Under the pieces are notes generated by a model, which did no database searches, was not told the origin of the DNA, and saw only the letters and a list, made by a program, of their open reading frames with translations. Positions 1 through 10,630 of a stretch of DNA of 54,119 bases are shown here, one piece after another. Made by a program: the position numbers and the translations under genes. The number at the start of each line of letters is the position of its first letter. Within the stretch, counting starts at the first letter, position 1. The DNA is from a virus (taxonomy: Duplodnaviria; Caudoviricetes): positions 1 to 54,119 of the IMG/VR virus record IMGVR_UViG_3300018080_000222. One strand, 5' to 3'.

Positions 1-2163
1 CAAGGTCTTCAGTTCTCTCCGATTTCCCTCGGTATGCGTGCTAACCGAAGGTTCCGGAAGTTGCTTTTTCAATGTTTCTAATGCACCATTGAGAGTCCAA
101 TCATCCTGTGGTGGTCTCATCGTGTTATTGAACTCAGCAGCCTGACGACGAAGTTTATCCAACAAATCCTGTTGCTGTCTTAGATATTTCGACAATTCGG
201 TAGCATACTGCGATGATTTATAGGTGGTCTTGACACCGTTGATTGAAAATACAATCTGCATTGATGTTATAGTACCAGTTGTCTGTAGTTGATCACCAAT
301 ATTGACAGCAGGCAATCCTGCCACCTCTAGCTCAGCGGTTTTCGCATCTAGCGTCACATCTGCCACTGTTTTAATCTTTGACCTGGCTACCTGGTCCATT
401 AGGCTGATACCAGTAGAATTTGTAATGCCACGATAGCCAAATGCCCATGGAGTCAGAGAGGAGTCGATAATAACCTCGGCGCGGCCAATCGCAGTATTTC
501 TGTTGGACCATGGACCATATGTTTGCCTTTGATCCTGAAGTGCCAAATAGGTGTTATCTAGCTCAGTGAGTCTGGTCTTCGTTATAGTTCTACTGTTTCC
601 AGAATGCGCTACCTTTTTTACTCTCAGTGGTGTTGCTAGTGTAAGCACAAAATATTGATCGCTAAAGCTTTCACTCCATTCGTCTTTGAGGGCATCTGTG
701 TAAATCAATGTGCCGTTGGCAACTTGGGCTATATCGCTACTGATACTGGTAATGAACCTGGTAAAATCTAGTCGAGTCGTTGTTGATATATCGGGATATT
801 CATTGAAAAATAAGATCAGGGCCGAAGCTACGCTCGTAAACGTAATAGAATTTTGTATAAATACAATGAATAACTCAAGCCAATATTCCATCTCGGCAAA
901 GCCATCGACAATCTCTAGTGATGCCTTCAGGGATACATTTCGCTCATCATCTATGTAGCTATTAGGATTAGAAAAAAGTTCGTCATCCCACTGATATGTT
1001 AAGATAACGCCACCGGAAGAGGCCCTTTTACCAGGAATCGGTAGCGTAACAAATGTTACCCATCGTCCATCATCTGTTTGGAATTTCAATTGTCCATCTC
1101 TATTAAAGTCCATCGGAATAGAACTAGACTCATTCCATGCTGCACTGGTAGGCACTACCCAGGATTTACCATCCGATCCGATCGTCGAAGTTGGTGTAAT
1201 AAGACCGATGAATTTTCTTCCCCAATATTCATTTGCGTAGGACAATATCTTCTGAGCATCTTCTTCCGTAAAATCCTCCGAGGTGAAATCATTGTTAATC
1301 ACCTGTTCCATCACGGCCTCAGAATATACCGGGTCTTTCCTCTTATTCCCGGTTGCGTCAAATCCCCAAAACTGCTCCCACAAAGAACCATCGGCCTGGT
1401 GTAAGTACGATCGATATCCTCCTGATAGCACCACCTTCTGAATCGCATCTCGATTTTCCAATCCCTCATGTTTGCGAATGACAGCACCAGAATGCATGGC
1501 CTCTAATTGACTAACGGTAACATCAGTCAGATTAGTTCTGCCAAAAAAGTTGACAGAAATAACATTGCTTGACGACGTAGTAACGTACCAGTTATAACCG
1601 TGATCATTGGCAATCTGCGAGATCAACTCCACAAGGGACATGGTCCTGCCCTTTATTGAGTATTCAACAGAACTGCCTCTGGTTGGTAGCGTGAAATTAA
1701 AGTTAACCGTATATCTCTGGCTACCATACTTAATCGTAGCAGCTTCAACAGCCGTAGTGATCTCGCTAATCGGTATCCCATTTGATATCTGTGATGCGTT
1801 CTGTGGAGCAACAGATATCACATTATCTCCGTAGTCGTATGCCTGTGTATTGCCAGTATTAAAAGACGACCCTATCACAACCTGAGTGGCTTCTAGAACC
1901 GGCTTTGCATCCGTAATCCTAACCTGAAACACACCAGTACCAGCAATATCTTTCTTGGCCTCGCTCCACGACTGAACGACACCCCTAAAGTCAAGCTCTC
2001 CAACAGAAATATCAACCGCTTGTCGATTTGAGATACTGACAGTCTGAGCATCCCGAACAACAGTAGCAGTTATGACCGTTGGATTCTGATTAATGCCAAG
2101 TGAGACATTCAGACTTCTCACCTTACCATTAAAGAGTTCGTATGTGGTAATCGTGTCAGCCAC
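1..2163 (-). CDS. Tail/baseplate hub-like protein, 3'-partial (runs off window start)
   Basis: Not in ORF track (no stop in window). GTG start at 2163 after AAGGAGG; reads (M)ADTITTYELFNGKVRSLNVSLGINQNPTVITATVV...FRGVVQSW; lies downstream of tape measure. Confidence 0.6.
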   Translation of the reverse strand, partial: MADTITTYELFNGKVRSLNVSLGINQNPTVITATVVRDAQTVSISNRQAVDISVGELDFRGVVQSWSEAKKDIAGTGVFQVRITDAKPVLEATQVVIGSSFNTGNTQAYDYGDNVISVAPQNASQISNGIPISEITTAVEAATIKYGSQRYTVNFNFTLPTRGSSVEYSIKGRTMSLVELISQIANDHGYNWYVTTSSSNVISVNFFGRTNLTDVTVSQLEAMHSGAVIRKHEGLENRDAIQKVVLSGGYRSYLHQADGSLWEQFWGFDATGNKRKDPVYSEAVMEQVINNDFTSEDFTEEDAQKILSYANEYWGRKFIGLITPTSTIGSDGKSWVVPTSAAWNESSSIPMDFNRDGQLKFQTDDGRWVTFVTLPIPGKRASSGGVILTYQWDDELFSNPNSYIDDERNVSLKASLEIVDGFAEMEYWLELFIVFIQNSITFTSVASALILFFNEYPDISTTTRLDFTRFITSISSDIAQVANGTLIYTDALKDEWSESFSDQYFVLTLATPLRVKKVAHSGNSRTITKTRLTELDNTYLALQDQRQTYGPWSNRNTAIGRAEVIIDSSLTPWAFGYRGITNSTGISLMDQVARSKIKTVADVTLDAKTAELEVAGLPAVNIGDQLQTTGTITSMQIVFSINGVKTTYKSSQYATELSKYLRQQQDLLDKLRRQAAEFNNTMRPPQDDWTLNGALETLKKQLPEPSVSTHTEGNRRELKTL

Positions 2164-2168
2164 CTAAA

Positions 2169-3839
2169 CTAACCCTCCTTCAGGAACCTGGTGGTTCTCT
2201 CTGCGGCTCCAGTTTGCGGATTCCAGTTATTGACATCACTGATGATAGTACCACCATCCCCGTACGGTACCGTATTCAACGTGGGTTGCGTCGAGTGTCG
2301 CTTCGAACGGATCGTGACATTTATAATTTCTGACGTTACCGTCCCCATATCCTGTATAATGGGACCAGCAGCACGACCAGGGATAGGTATGTTGGCATAG
2401 ACAGAAACAGCTTCCTGAGTCTGAACCGTAATTTCAGTGCCGTGTGCATCCCTGTCTGTCCATGTCCAGCTACCCCTTACGACGCCACGCTTTTTATCGA
2501 AAGATTTTACTACTGAGACCTTGTTATATGTCAAGGTCGTGTTGGCAAGGTCTTTGGCGCTAGCCAATGCAACGGTATCGGTGGACAAACCTGTTTCAGC
2601 ATTAGCCAATCTTGTTGCAGAGGTTTCTCCCTTGCCCTCTATTGTTTGTGTATAGGTAAGGGTATTTAATTGGGTGTCGAGAGCATAAGAATGTTGAGCC
2701 TCCTCTGTTACAAAATAAGTAGCATTATCAGATGTGCTCCACTGATATGTGAAGCTAACTGTGCCGTCTTGCTGATTCAACGAAAAGGTCTTTTTACCAG
2801 GATACGTAGGTAGTGTTTTGCCGCCCAATAGCGAACCAACATATGATGTAGCAGTAGTTCTCGCGGCAGATATCGATGGAACAGCAGATTTCGCATGATC
2901 CATATTAACGATATTGCCGTCACGACTACCGTCCCCAACGCCGTAAATGGTTCCCTGGTATGTAACATCATACTCACCAGTAGTCTGATTATACTCTACG
3001 GTGAACTGACGTTCTTCGTACGAATTATCCTCCGATAAAACCCATTCTTCCGTGACACCATAAGTCCCGCCATCTTTGTCTATTTTAGTAACAGTACTAT
3101 AATGGCCAACAATCTGGTCTGTCGCGCCCAATGCAGCAAACATAACTGCACTGTCAACCGAACCACTCACCTTCGTATCTACCCAGTCCTTCGCCCGTTG
3201 CCACGGCTGTTTGTTCTCATACGGGTCTCCACCACCATCATAACCTAATTGGCCACCAGCATTAACATCATGCGTTACTCTATACTGCTGATTATTCCTG
3301 CCATCGGTCTCCTCAAATGACCATGTTTCCGATGATGTAGAAAGTAAATCTGTCGAGATATCATCTTCTAGGCTAACGGTACCATTGATATAAATCCACG
3401 GAGCTTCTAGCTCTATTGTATAATCGCACCTATCTGCCCATGGCCCTTCGGCAAACTTGATAGAAATAATGCGAGGATAGCACTTCATTGGAGGCTGACC
3501 ACCAGCAGGTTGCCACTCTAGCGAACCACCATCTTCGCTAAATAACCATCTTAGAGCTTCTTGTTTCCTAAGTATGGAATCAAATGTATCCTGGTCAAAG
3601 ACTCCAGGAGACTGATCCGGAGGATATCCCCCAACCGTCCAATGCGCATCGGCAATATTAATATAGTTTCCACTTGGACTACCCCTATATGGCAACAGCG
3701 TCCCCGTCAACACGATCGAATACTTAGCTCCGATTTTAGTTCCATCGCCGCGAGAGACATAATTTTTGCTAACAGTAACCAGCGGAGCAGGAATCACTTT
3801 ACGTCCAATGCTGTCTGATTTCGTATAAAAAACTGACAT
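2169..3839 (-). CDS. Tail tip/distal tail-like structural protein
   Basis: 556 aa, beta-rich with repeated E-x-W/F-[ST] elements; lies after tape measure. Confidence 0.55.
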   Translation of the reverse strand: MSVFYTKSDSIGRKVIPAPLVTVSKNYVSRGDGTKIGAKYSIVLTGTLLPYRGSPSGNYINIADAHWTVGGYPPDQSPGVFDQDTFDSILRKQEALRWLFSEDGGSLEWQPAGGQPPMKCYPRIISIKFAEGPWADRCDYTIELEAPWIYINGTVSLEDDISTDLLSTSSETWSFEETDGRNNQQYRVTHDVNAGGQLGYDGGGDPYENKQPWQRAKDWVDTKVSGSVDSAVMFAALGATDQIVGHYSTVTKIDKDGGTYGVTEEWVLSEDNSYEERQFTVEYNQTTGEYDVTYQGTIYGVGDGSRDGNIVNMDHAKSAVPSISAARTTATSYVGSLLGGKTLPTYPGKKTFSLNQQDGTVSFTYQWSTSDNATYFVTEEAQHSYALDTQLNTLTYTQTIEGKGETSATRLANAETGLSTDTVALASAKDLANTTLTYNKVSVVKSFDKKRGVVRGSWTWTDRDAHGTEITVQTQEAVSVYANIPIPGRAAGPIIQDMGTVTSEIINVTIRSKRHSTQPTLNTVPYGDGGTIISDVNNWNPQTGAAERTTRFLKEG

Positions 3840-4616
3840 TTATACCACCCCATCAACAATTTCAGGCATACGGTCTCTTTTAACAAAACGGTTACATCTG
3901 AAGCACAAAAGCGTTAAATTATCAAGATAATATAATCGTCTAAGTTTATCAATAGTTGTAGCTGATGATAATGGTATTACATGATCTATGTCAAATCTAT
4001 TAATATCATAAGAAGTACCACACATCGGACACCGGTTCTTCTGTAACCTTCTAATGTGTTCCAGATGCTTGTGTAGTTGGTCGGCATTATATGGCAAATG
4101 ACGAGAAAAAGATATTTTGTGTCTTGCATACGCTTGCAGTGAACTTTGGATTCTAGTCTTATAATTGCCAAGAGACGATTTTCTGTATTCTCTTAGCCAT
4201 TCCCTACTGCATTTTATGCATTTTAGTCTATGCCCATACCGATAATATGTAGTCACACCATGTTTTTTACATTCAGCAACTACCCTATTGGTTCCACAAG
4301 ATCGCATAATCGGTTTTCGCAGTGCCTCTTTGTTTATATTGCGTATACCCATCTTGTGAGCCTTAGACCTTATGGCGTGATGGGTTCGTCCTGGTAATCT
4401 ACTAGCGATAATTACTCCTTCGGTAGGATAAAACTGAATCAATATCCGAATTTCCTCTTCTGACCACTTGGATGTAAGACCAAGTCTCGATATGCGAGAC
4501 TGAACTGATGTCAATGATCTACCCAGAATTACAGCAATATCCCTGGCAGTTTTATCTACATGATATTTAGTCAAGATACTATCTTCTGATTCTGTCCATT
4601 TTTTGTATTTCATCAT
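3840..4616 (-). CDS. HNH homing endonuclease with N-terminal Myb/SANT-like repeats
   Basis: KKWTESEDSIL and KWSEEEIRIL repeats; C-terminal CPMCG...DIDHVIPLS...NLTLLCFRCN. Confidence 0.8.
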   Translation of the reverse strand: MMKYKKWTESEDSILTKYHVDKTARDIAVILGRSLTSVQSRISRLGLTSKWSEEEIRILIQFYPTEGVIIASRLPGRTHHAIRSKAHKMGIRNINKEALRKPIMRSCGTNRVVAECKKHGVTTYYRYGHRLKCIKCSREWLREYRKSSLGNYKTRIQSSLQAYARHKISFSRHLPYNADQLHKHLEHIRRLQKNRCPMCGTSYDINRFDIDHVIPLSSATTIDKLRRLYYLDNLTLLCFRCNRFVKRDRMPEIVDGVV

Positions 4617-6374
4617 TTAATACCCGTGCGTATATAGATCAGCAGATTGGTTGTATTCTCCGATATCAGTAACCTGTATGAATAACGTATGATCACCCGA
4701 AGCAATACCCTCTACACCGAAGACAAACAGGCTAACATTATCATTTATGGTATCCTTACCATAGGTATACACATCCATCGACCCAGAACTCGTTCCAGAT
4801 ATACCAAATATATATAGATTAGACGTGCCAGAGTACAGCGTTGGCCCAGCATACCCAGAGGTAAACAGATTGAGTCCACCACTAAGGCCAAGGTGAACTT
4901 GCGCAAATGCAGCTATCTCGGCGTTAAGCGCATAGTAGCCGTCGGATAATAATCCTGTATCACCACCATAGACAGATTTTCCTTCGACAAATAGACCAGC
5001 CGAACCAGTAGTCAATATCCCGTGAGGACTATCTCCCGACGCATGGCCTTGAATGTATAAGTTGGCCGTATTGTTAGAGGTATTTCCAACCTTTATGAAC
5101 GATGCCCATGTACTACTAGCATCAATTAGTGCAGGATCATCAACTTCAACAAATGATGACCACTCACCAGTTGTTGTTGACACCTCGGCAGTATCCTTGA
5201 TGAATAGTGTAATGTTGCCATTGGTGTAGAATAAATCGGGTTCCCCAGGAGTAGCTCCATGCACAAATAGATTTAAATCACCAGATGGATTGTTCGTAAC
5301 GACTTCAACATATGCATCAATATATTCTAGGCGTCCACGCATGTATAGTGACATATCACCAGATGCAACTGCGTGCCCCCAAGTATGTAAGTCGAGATTG
5401 TCGGTAATAAATGGGACACCAGATATGTATAAATCCATAGAACCAGATGATGGATTGTGGCCATGCATGTAATGGTCAATACTGCCGGAATACGGCGCAT
5501 TGGCCCGAACAAAAAGACTAAAGTCGCCAGACACAAAAGTTTGGGCCTGCAAGAATAATGGGATATTCGCAGTTTCTACTTGTCCAGGTATATACAGATT
5601 GAGTGAGCCAGAGGTATCAGTATGTCCATGGGCAAACAAATCGGTACTACCAGATGTTGTAGTGCCAAAAGTGCTGGTATACTCATTCATTGTCCTGCCA
5701 TGAGTATCGCCAAGCTCATACAAATTAGCAAGTTCCTGATCTGTGAATAGATCATTGCCTGCCCACAGGACAACTTCATCTAAGGCAAAGTCGACAGCAT
5801 CACTTCCCTGAGTACCAGCTACTCGGACCCTATCATCCGAGCCTGGGACACCAGTATTGGTATCTACACCCAGATCAACCCATCCACTCCCATCCAGACT
5901 AACTCGATGCCGCCATCCGCTAGTTTCATAGCGACCATCCACCAAGATTAAGTGCCATCCTGGATCATTGACCGGCGCGGGGGTCCAGTCTTTATATTGC
6001 GCCGTATTATCAACTTCTACATAAATCCGAAAACCAGTAGCCGTAGTTGCCTTATAGAACCACAAGGCATTTCGCAAAGAATCAGAGCTATTAGAATAAC
6101 CAATCTGGACGTACCTAAAGGTGGTATCATTTGTAAGAAAACCGCTGGTCCAGCAGGCACAGGTAAACCCACTCACACTGGCCATATCGCCATATGGGCT
6201 CAATACATGTTTCAGAGCGATGGAAGTGGTGGGAGCCTCTACGCCGCTAGTGAAAATAGATGGAGTAAACTGAGCAGCATCACCAGTCCAAGCTATATCT
6301 TGAGTGTACTCCGTTAGGTTATCTAACGGAAGATAATACCTGACATGTTCATCATGTAACAAGCCCGATGGCAC
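4617..6374 (-). CDS. Virion protein: LamG/ConA-like domain plus 14-aa SG-x-x-x-L-F/Y repeats
   Basis: PGWHLI...VSLDG...ALDEVVLW...ELANLY LamG-like signature, followed by repeats such as SGSTDLFAHG and SGSLNLYIPG. Confidence 0.65.
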   Translation of the reverse strand: MPSGLLHDEHVRYYLPLDNLTEYTQDIAWTGDAAQFTPSIFTSGVEAPTTSIALKHVLSPYGDMASVSGFTCACWTSGFLTNDTTFRYVQIGYSNSSDSLRNALWFYKATTATGFRIYVEVDNTAQYKDWTPAPVNDPGWHLILVDGRYETSGWRHRVSLDGSGWVDLGVDTNTGVPGSDDRVRVAGTQGSDAVDFALDEVVLWAGNDLFTDQELANLYELGDTHGRTMNEYTSTFGTTTSGSTDLFAHGHTDTSGSLNLYIPGQVETANIPLFLQAQTFVSGDFSLFVRANAPYSGSIDHYMHGHNPSSGSMDLYISGVPFITDNLDLHTWGHAVASGDMSLYMRGRLEYIDAYVEVVTNNPSGDLNLFVHGATPGEPDLFYTNGNITLFIKDTAEVSTTTGEWSSFVEVDDPALIDASSTWASFIKVGNTSNNTANLYIQGHASGDSPHGILTTGSAGLFVEGKSVYGGDTGLLSDGYYALNAEIAAFAQVHLGLSGGLNLFTSGYAGPTLYSGTSNLYIFGISGTSSGSMDVYTYGKDTINDNVSLFVFGVEGIASGDHTLFIQVTDIGEYNQSADLYTHGY

Positions 6375-9300
6375 TATGCAAGCTCCTGTGCAGTATCCGT
6401 GGCTGCGATAGAAACTTCAGAATCACTCTTCGCGGCTAAACTTTCCAAGGCTTTACGGGTAATAGTTTTGGCTATGGCGACTGCTGCCTCTTCCAACAAT
6501 GGTTTAACCTCATCGGAAACATCTGACGGAAGAGTAGACAAATCCAAGTCGATTCGTTGATCGGTAACAACCCTTAGCTCATTAGGTTCTGCGAGGGCTG
6601 TTCTTAATCCGTCAATACTTTCGGTAAGCTGGCCAATTTGCTCACTAGACTGTTCCCCTACTTCTCGTGTTCCTGGAGCAGCGGGGGATTCAGTCCTTTC
6701 CAGCGGATTCTGTTCTTGACGGTCGTGAATCGCCTGTAAGATATCGGTTATGGCCCTGTTATTGGCATTTAACTCCAAACTAAAGCCCTCAAGTGCCTCT
6801 TGGGCCTGCCGGATGGTTACAGCACCAGAGCTTATCTGAGCGGGTGTAACCCCAGGCACTCCAAGGTTGGTTCCGGATTGGGACAATCCACCTAGACTCT
6901 TAAAATCAATAACAGCCTGCCCGAAGCTGGCGATATGATGCTTCATCATTTGGGCAGCATCCATTTGTGTACGAACAGACTCGCCAAACACACTAACGGA
7001 CATATCAAAATTCTGGACAACCTCTTCTTGCGTCTTGGTGTTATTGCTTACTTCTTTTGCCAAGTCTGCTCGTATCGCATTATCCTTTTCTATTATTACA
7101 TCAAACTTATCTTGCAGTGCCAACTGTTCCTGTAGGTGCTCCTGCTGTAGATCAAACATGATCCTTTGCGATCGTAGCGGACTCATGCCCCTTTCCTCTA
7201 TAGTCTCTCTCTGCTGCTGAGCCTCAAGCTGCTGCCTCAGCTTAAGGGTTTGCAATTCATAATCAAGTGCCTGCTTGGTACCCTGGCTTAGGGCTTCCAT
7301 GGATGTCTGCAATTCTATAATCTTGCGACTCAGATTCCCTGCCCTCTCGGTAACCGCCAAGAATCCCTGAGAACCTGGCTTAAGGGTTGCCAAAGCGGAC
7401 CTCGCTTCGGAAAGCTCAAGGGTAAGCCTGCGGAAACTATCTCGAACCTGCTGACGTACTCGTTCATCACCAGCGACATCAGCCAACCTTCTTCCGCGAC
7501 CCTCGAAGAAATCTGCTGTCGGAGTAGCGATACCAGCACGACCACCTCTCGCTATCCGCTCCTGTTCCAACAGTTGTAGCTCTTCGAATGTGCCTCTCTG
7601 TTGTCTTGAGGGAGTTCTGCCCCTAGCATATATACCGGATCGCCTTAACTGCTGCTCTAGGAAAACAGCCTGCGACTCTGGCCTGACAGGTACAGCTAAT
7701 TCCAGCCTACGGACAACCGCTAACCTATTCAACTCATCCTGAAGACGATCGAATGTATTTCGCAAAAACTGTCCGATAGTCTCTACGGCAGCATTAGACG
7801 CACCGAGACCTATGTCGGCAAATTCCTGCTTGAACCTACGCTTAATTTCTTCTGGATCAATGAGCTTACCTTCAGAAGCTAGCTGGATATCCTCTGCGAT
7901 AGTTTGGAAGAAATTCTCAAAATTATCCTTGACAGAGTCTGGGACATTTCGCTGGAATGCGAAGAACTTATCTATCTCACTACCCAAATCGACGCCAGAC
8001 GGCAAATTAGACACGTTAATGATGAATTGATCGATCAAGTCTTCGATCTCGGATATCCCGCCGACGAACCGTGGTATGTCTGGAGTAAAGGCGAACAGGT
8101 CCTTAAGACCATTGGTGCGGACAAGTTGTTCTATCTGCTGGGCACCGAAATCAAAGTCAAAAGAGGGTGCCTGAATCCCACCACGGATAATTGCTATGTC
8201 CCCCTCGAACAATTTTGCGGCAGTAGTTATCATCCGGGTAGTTTTATCGATTGCCTTAGAAAACTGCAATAGTTGTCCGACCAATCTAGGAGGTATAACC
8301 TGGGTTGTAAGTTGTAGAATCTTCTTCCGTTTCTCGGCTTCGTCCCTAATTACCTTAGCACTTTCGTTTACTTTGTTGGTCCACACCTCAAGGCCACCAG
8401 CAGATTCGATGACAGCACTAGCGAATTGATTAGCATCTGTGACGCTATACCCTTCGTCGAGGCCAGCCTCAACTAGTTTTCGTCTAGCTATAAATGGGGT
8501 TTCATCTATCTGGTTATCCTGAATAATGCTCCTGGCCGTACCCTCTATAATACTATTGATAATTTTGGGACTACCTTTAAGTATCTGTCTAACGTGTTCC
8601 TTGATATCAGATTGTGTTAGCCCACTTCTAGTCAATAGTGTGCCATAATCTCCCTCTAATACATTGCTTAGTTTTCTCCCTATACTATTAAAGACCTTAG
8701 AAAGATTAAAGTTTTTTCTTGGGTCTGAGCTAATAATTAATTCATTAACGCTTGCGTTGATATTGCTGTATAGTTGATCAATCCCACCAGATAGCGATTC
8801 CGCGTCTATCGGGTCTATATCTATGGAAGAAACTGACTGTATAGCAGTTTGCACTATTTTGTCACTTAGTTCTTTAGCTGTTTTAGTTGCCTGTAGTGCG
8901 GCAAGAGGTAGGGCAATAGCTGTTGTAGACAGTAGTGTTCCACCAATACCTCCTAGCAGGCTGTTTTTCTTCGATAGATTGCCGACTAATCCACCGCCAC
9001 TGATAAATTGAGCTATGGTTTGTTTTCTAAACAGGGCAATGGCCGCAGTAACAGCAGCGGTTGATGTGATTAATGTGGAAGCAAAAGTTCTGGTACCGTC
9101 AGCAGTTGTTAGAAAAGATGCTGCTAATTCAGAAGCTGCAATCAACAACCCTGCCTGAGCAAAAGGACTGGCTACGATACCGGCCCCAATGCCACGGGCT
9201 CCACCACCAGCAGCAGCAAAAGCAGCGGGACCAGCAAGTTGGCCGATCTTTGGACCTATGAAGCTACCAATCCCACCGAGTATTGCAGTACCCGCGAAAA

Positions 9301-10630
9301 GTGCACCCAATTTTGTCATAGTCGGAATGATTGGTTTCAGGGCATCTAACAAAACGATGGCACCCTCGGCAGCACTTGTCAATCCCTGGATGAACGGTAT
9401 GAATACACTTTCGCCCAATTCAATGGCAAGTTCCTTAGCTTTGGCTATTAAGATATCGACTTGCTTGCCAACTGCCTGCAAGCCCTGTTCAGCAGTTCTG
9501 TTCAGAGTTCCCCACGAATCTTGCGATTTGCCCAAAATCTCATTGGTCATCTTGGCGTTACGAGCCAGCGCTATAACACGACTGAATTGTCTTCTACCGC
9601 CGAGTCTAGTAAGTAGCTCGATATTTTCTTGGGTATCTAGATTACTTTCTAGAAATTCACCGATTCTTTTCAGAGCCTGAATGGGTCCGACAAATTGACC
9701 TTGTTCGAATATTCTAACGTTCTTAGTTTCCAAAAATTTAACTATTTTTGGATCGGCTAGTCTGGAAGACAATGTTTTAAGAGATGTGCCAACCGCAGAT
9801 GCACTTTCTCTCGTCTCTGCTCTGATTGTAACAAACGCAGCAATAAACTCATCCAGTGTTCCACCAATAGCCTGAAAAGCTGATCCACCTCTCTTAAGAC
9901 CTTCAATGATATCCGGGAAAGACGCAGCATAATCATTTTGCACCTTGAGCATTTTATCAAATACCTGTTCGACGGTTAATCCTTCTTGATCGAACTGTCT
10001 CATTGCTGCGATGACACCATCAACAGATTGCTCCATACTTTGAAAGATGGGCGTAAGTGGAATTTTAGCTAACTGTTCAATGGCTTCGGTTAACTCTTCG
10101 CCTCTGAACCCAGCTTGAGCCAGTAACTTCGCGGCGTCAGCGATATCGGAAGCACTAGTACCTGTGGTTACAGAAAGGTCTAAGAATTGTTGAGATAAAG
10201 CACCAAGTTGGTCAACAGATGTATTTAGAATCTGGGACAACGAAACCAGAGCCTGATCAAACTCTATAACAGATTTGGTACCAGCACCTATTAGTTGTAT
10301 ACCCTTGAATGCCCCGACTGTAGCGGCGAGAAATGCAGAGTACCTTTTCCCGGCAAGATATACCTGATCCCCAAAACTTTGAGCACCCTTGGCAGCTACA
10401 CCCAATTGTTTCCCGGCCCGTTGTGCGTTTTCCCCCAACTTAATGGTGACATTTGCTCCTTTGCCAATTTGTACCGCTGCTGTAGCAGCATTAAGCCCAA
10501 CGGTCTTGAGCCCAGCAGATAGTTTCCCAACGTTGCCCGTTTGTATACCGGCCAATTGCTGTTTAACCTTTGCTAGTCCTAAGACTTGCTGGACACGCAA
10601 ATTGACATCAAGAACGAAAGGAGTTGCCAT
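6374..10630 (-). CDS. Tail tape measure protein
   Basis: 1418 aa, helical Ala/Gln-rich; TP901-like core (EFDQAL...LAQAGF...SASAVGTSLKT); hydrophobic Gly-rich stretch. Confidence 0.9.
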   Translation of the reverse strand: MATPFVLDVNLRVQQVLGLAKVKQQLAGIQTGNVGKLSAGLKTVGLNAATAAVQIGKGANVTIKLGENAQRAGKQLGVAAKGAQSFGDQVYLAGKRYSAFLAATVGAFKGIQLIGAGTKSVIEFDQALVSLSQILNTSVDQLGALSQQFLDLSVTTGTSASDIADAAKLLAQAGFRGEELTEAIEQLAKIPLTPIFQSMEQSVDGVIAAMRQFDQEGLTVEQVFDKMLKVQNDYAASFPDIIEGLKRGGSAFQAIGGTLDEFIAAFVTIRAETRESASAVGTSLKTLSSRLADPKIVKFLETKNVRIFEQGQFVGPIQALKRIGEFLESNLDTQENIELLTRLGGRRQFSRVIALARNAKMTNEILGKSQDSWGTLNRTAEQGLQAVGKQVDILIAKAKELAIELGESVFIPFIQGLTSAAEGAIVLLDALKPIIPTMTKLGALFAGTAILGGIGSFIGPKIGQLAGPAAFAAAGGGARGIGAGIVASPFAQAGLLIAASELAASFLTTADGTRTFASTLITSTAAVTAAIALFRKQTIAQFISGGGLVGNLSKKNSLLGGIGGTLLSTTAIALPLAALQATKTAKELSDKIVQTAIQSVSSIDIDPIDAESLSGGIDQLYSNINASVNELIISSDPRKNFNLSKVFNSIGRKLSNVLEGDYGTLLTRSGLTQSDIKEHVRQILKGSPKIINSIIEGTARSIIQDNQIDETPFIARRKLVEAGLDEGYSVTDANQFASAVIESAGGLEVWTNKVNESAKVIRDEAEKRKKILQLTTQVIPPRLVGQLLQFSKAIDKTTRMITTAAKLFEGDIAIIRGGIQAPSFDFDFGAQQIEQLVRTNGLKDLFAFTPDIPRFVGGISEIEDLIDQFIINVSNLPSGVDLGSEIDKFFAFQRNVPDSVKDNFENFFQTIAEDIQLASEGKLIDPEEIKRRFKQEFADIGLGASNAAVETIGQFLRNTFDRLQDELNRLAVVRRLELAVPVRPESQAVFLEQQLRRSGIYARGRTPSRQQRGTFEELQLLEQERIARGGRAGIATPTADFFEGRGRRLADVAGDERVRQQVRDSFRRLTLELSEARSALATLKPGSQGFLAVTERAGNLSRKIIELQTSMEALSQGTKQALDYELQTLKLRQQLEAQQQRETIEERGMSPLRSQRIMFDLQQEHLQEQLALQDKFDVIIEKDNAIRADLAKEVSNNTKTQEEVVQNFDMSVSVFGESVRTQMDAAQMMKHHIASFGQAVIDFKSLGGLSQSGTNLGVPGVTPAQISSGAVTIRQAQEALEGFSLELNANNRAITDILQAIHDRQEQNPLERTESPAAPGTREVGEQSSEQIGQLTESIDGLRTALAEPNELRVVTDQRIDLDLSTLPSDVSDEVKPLLEEAAVAIAKTITRKALESLAAKSDSEVSIAATDTAQELA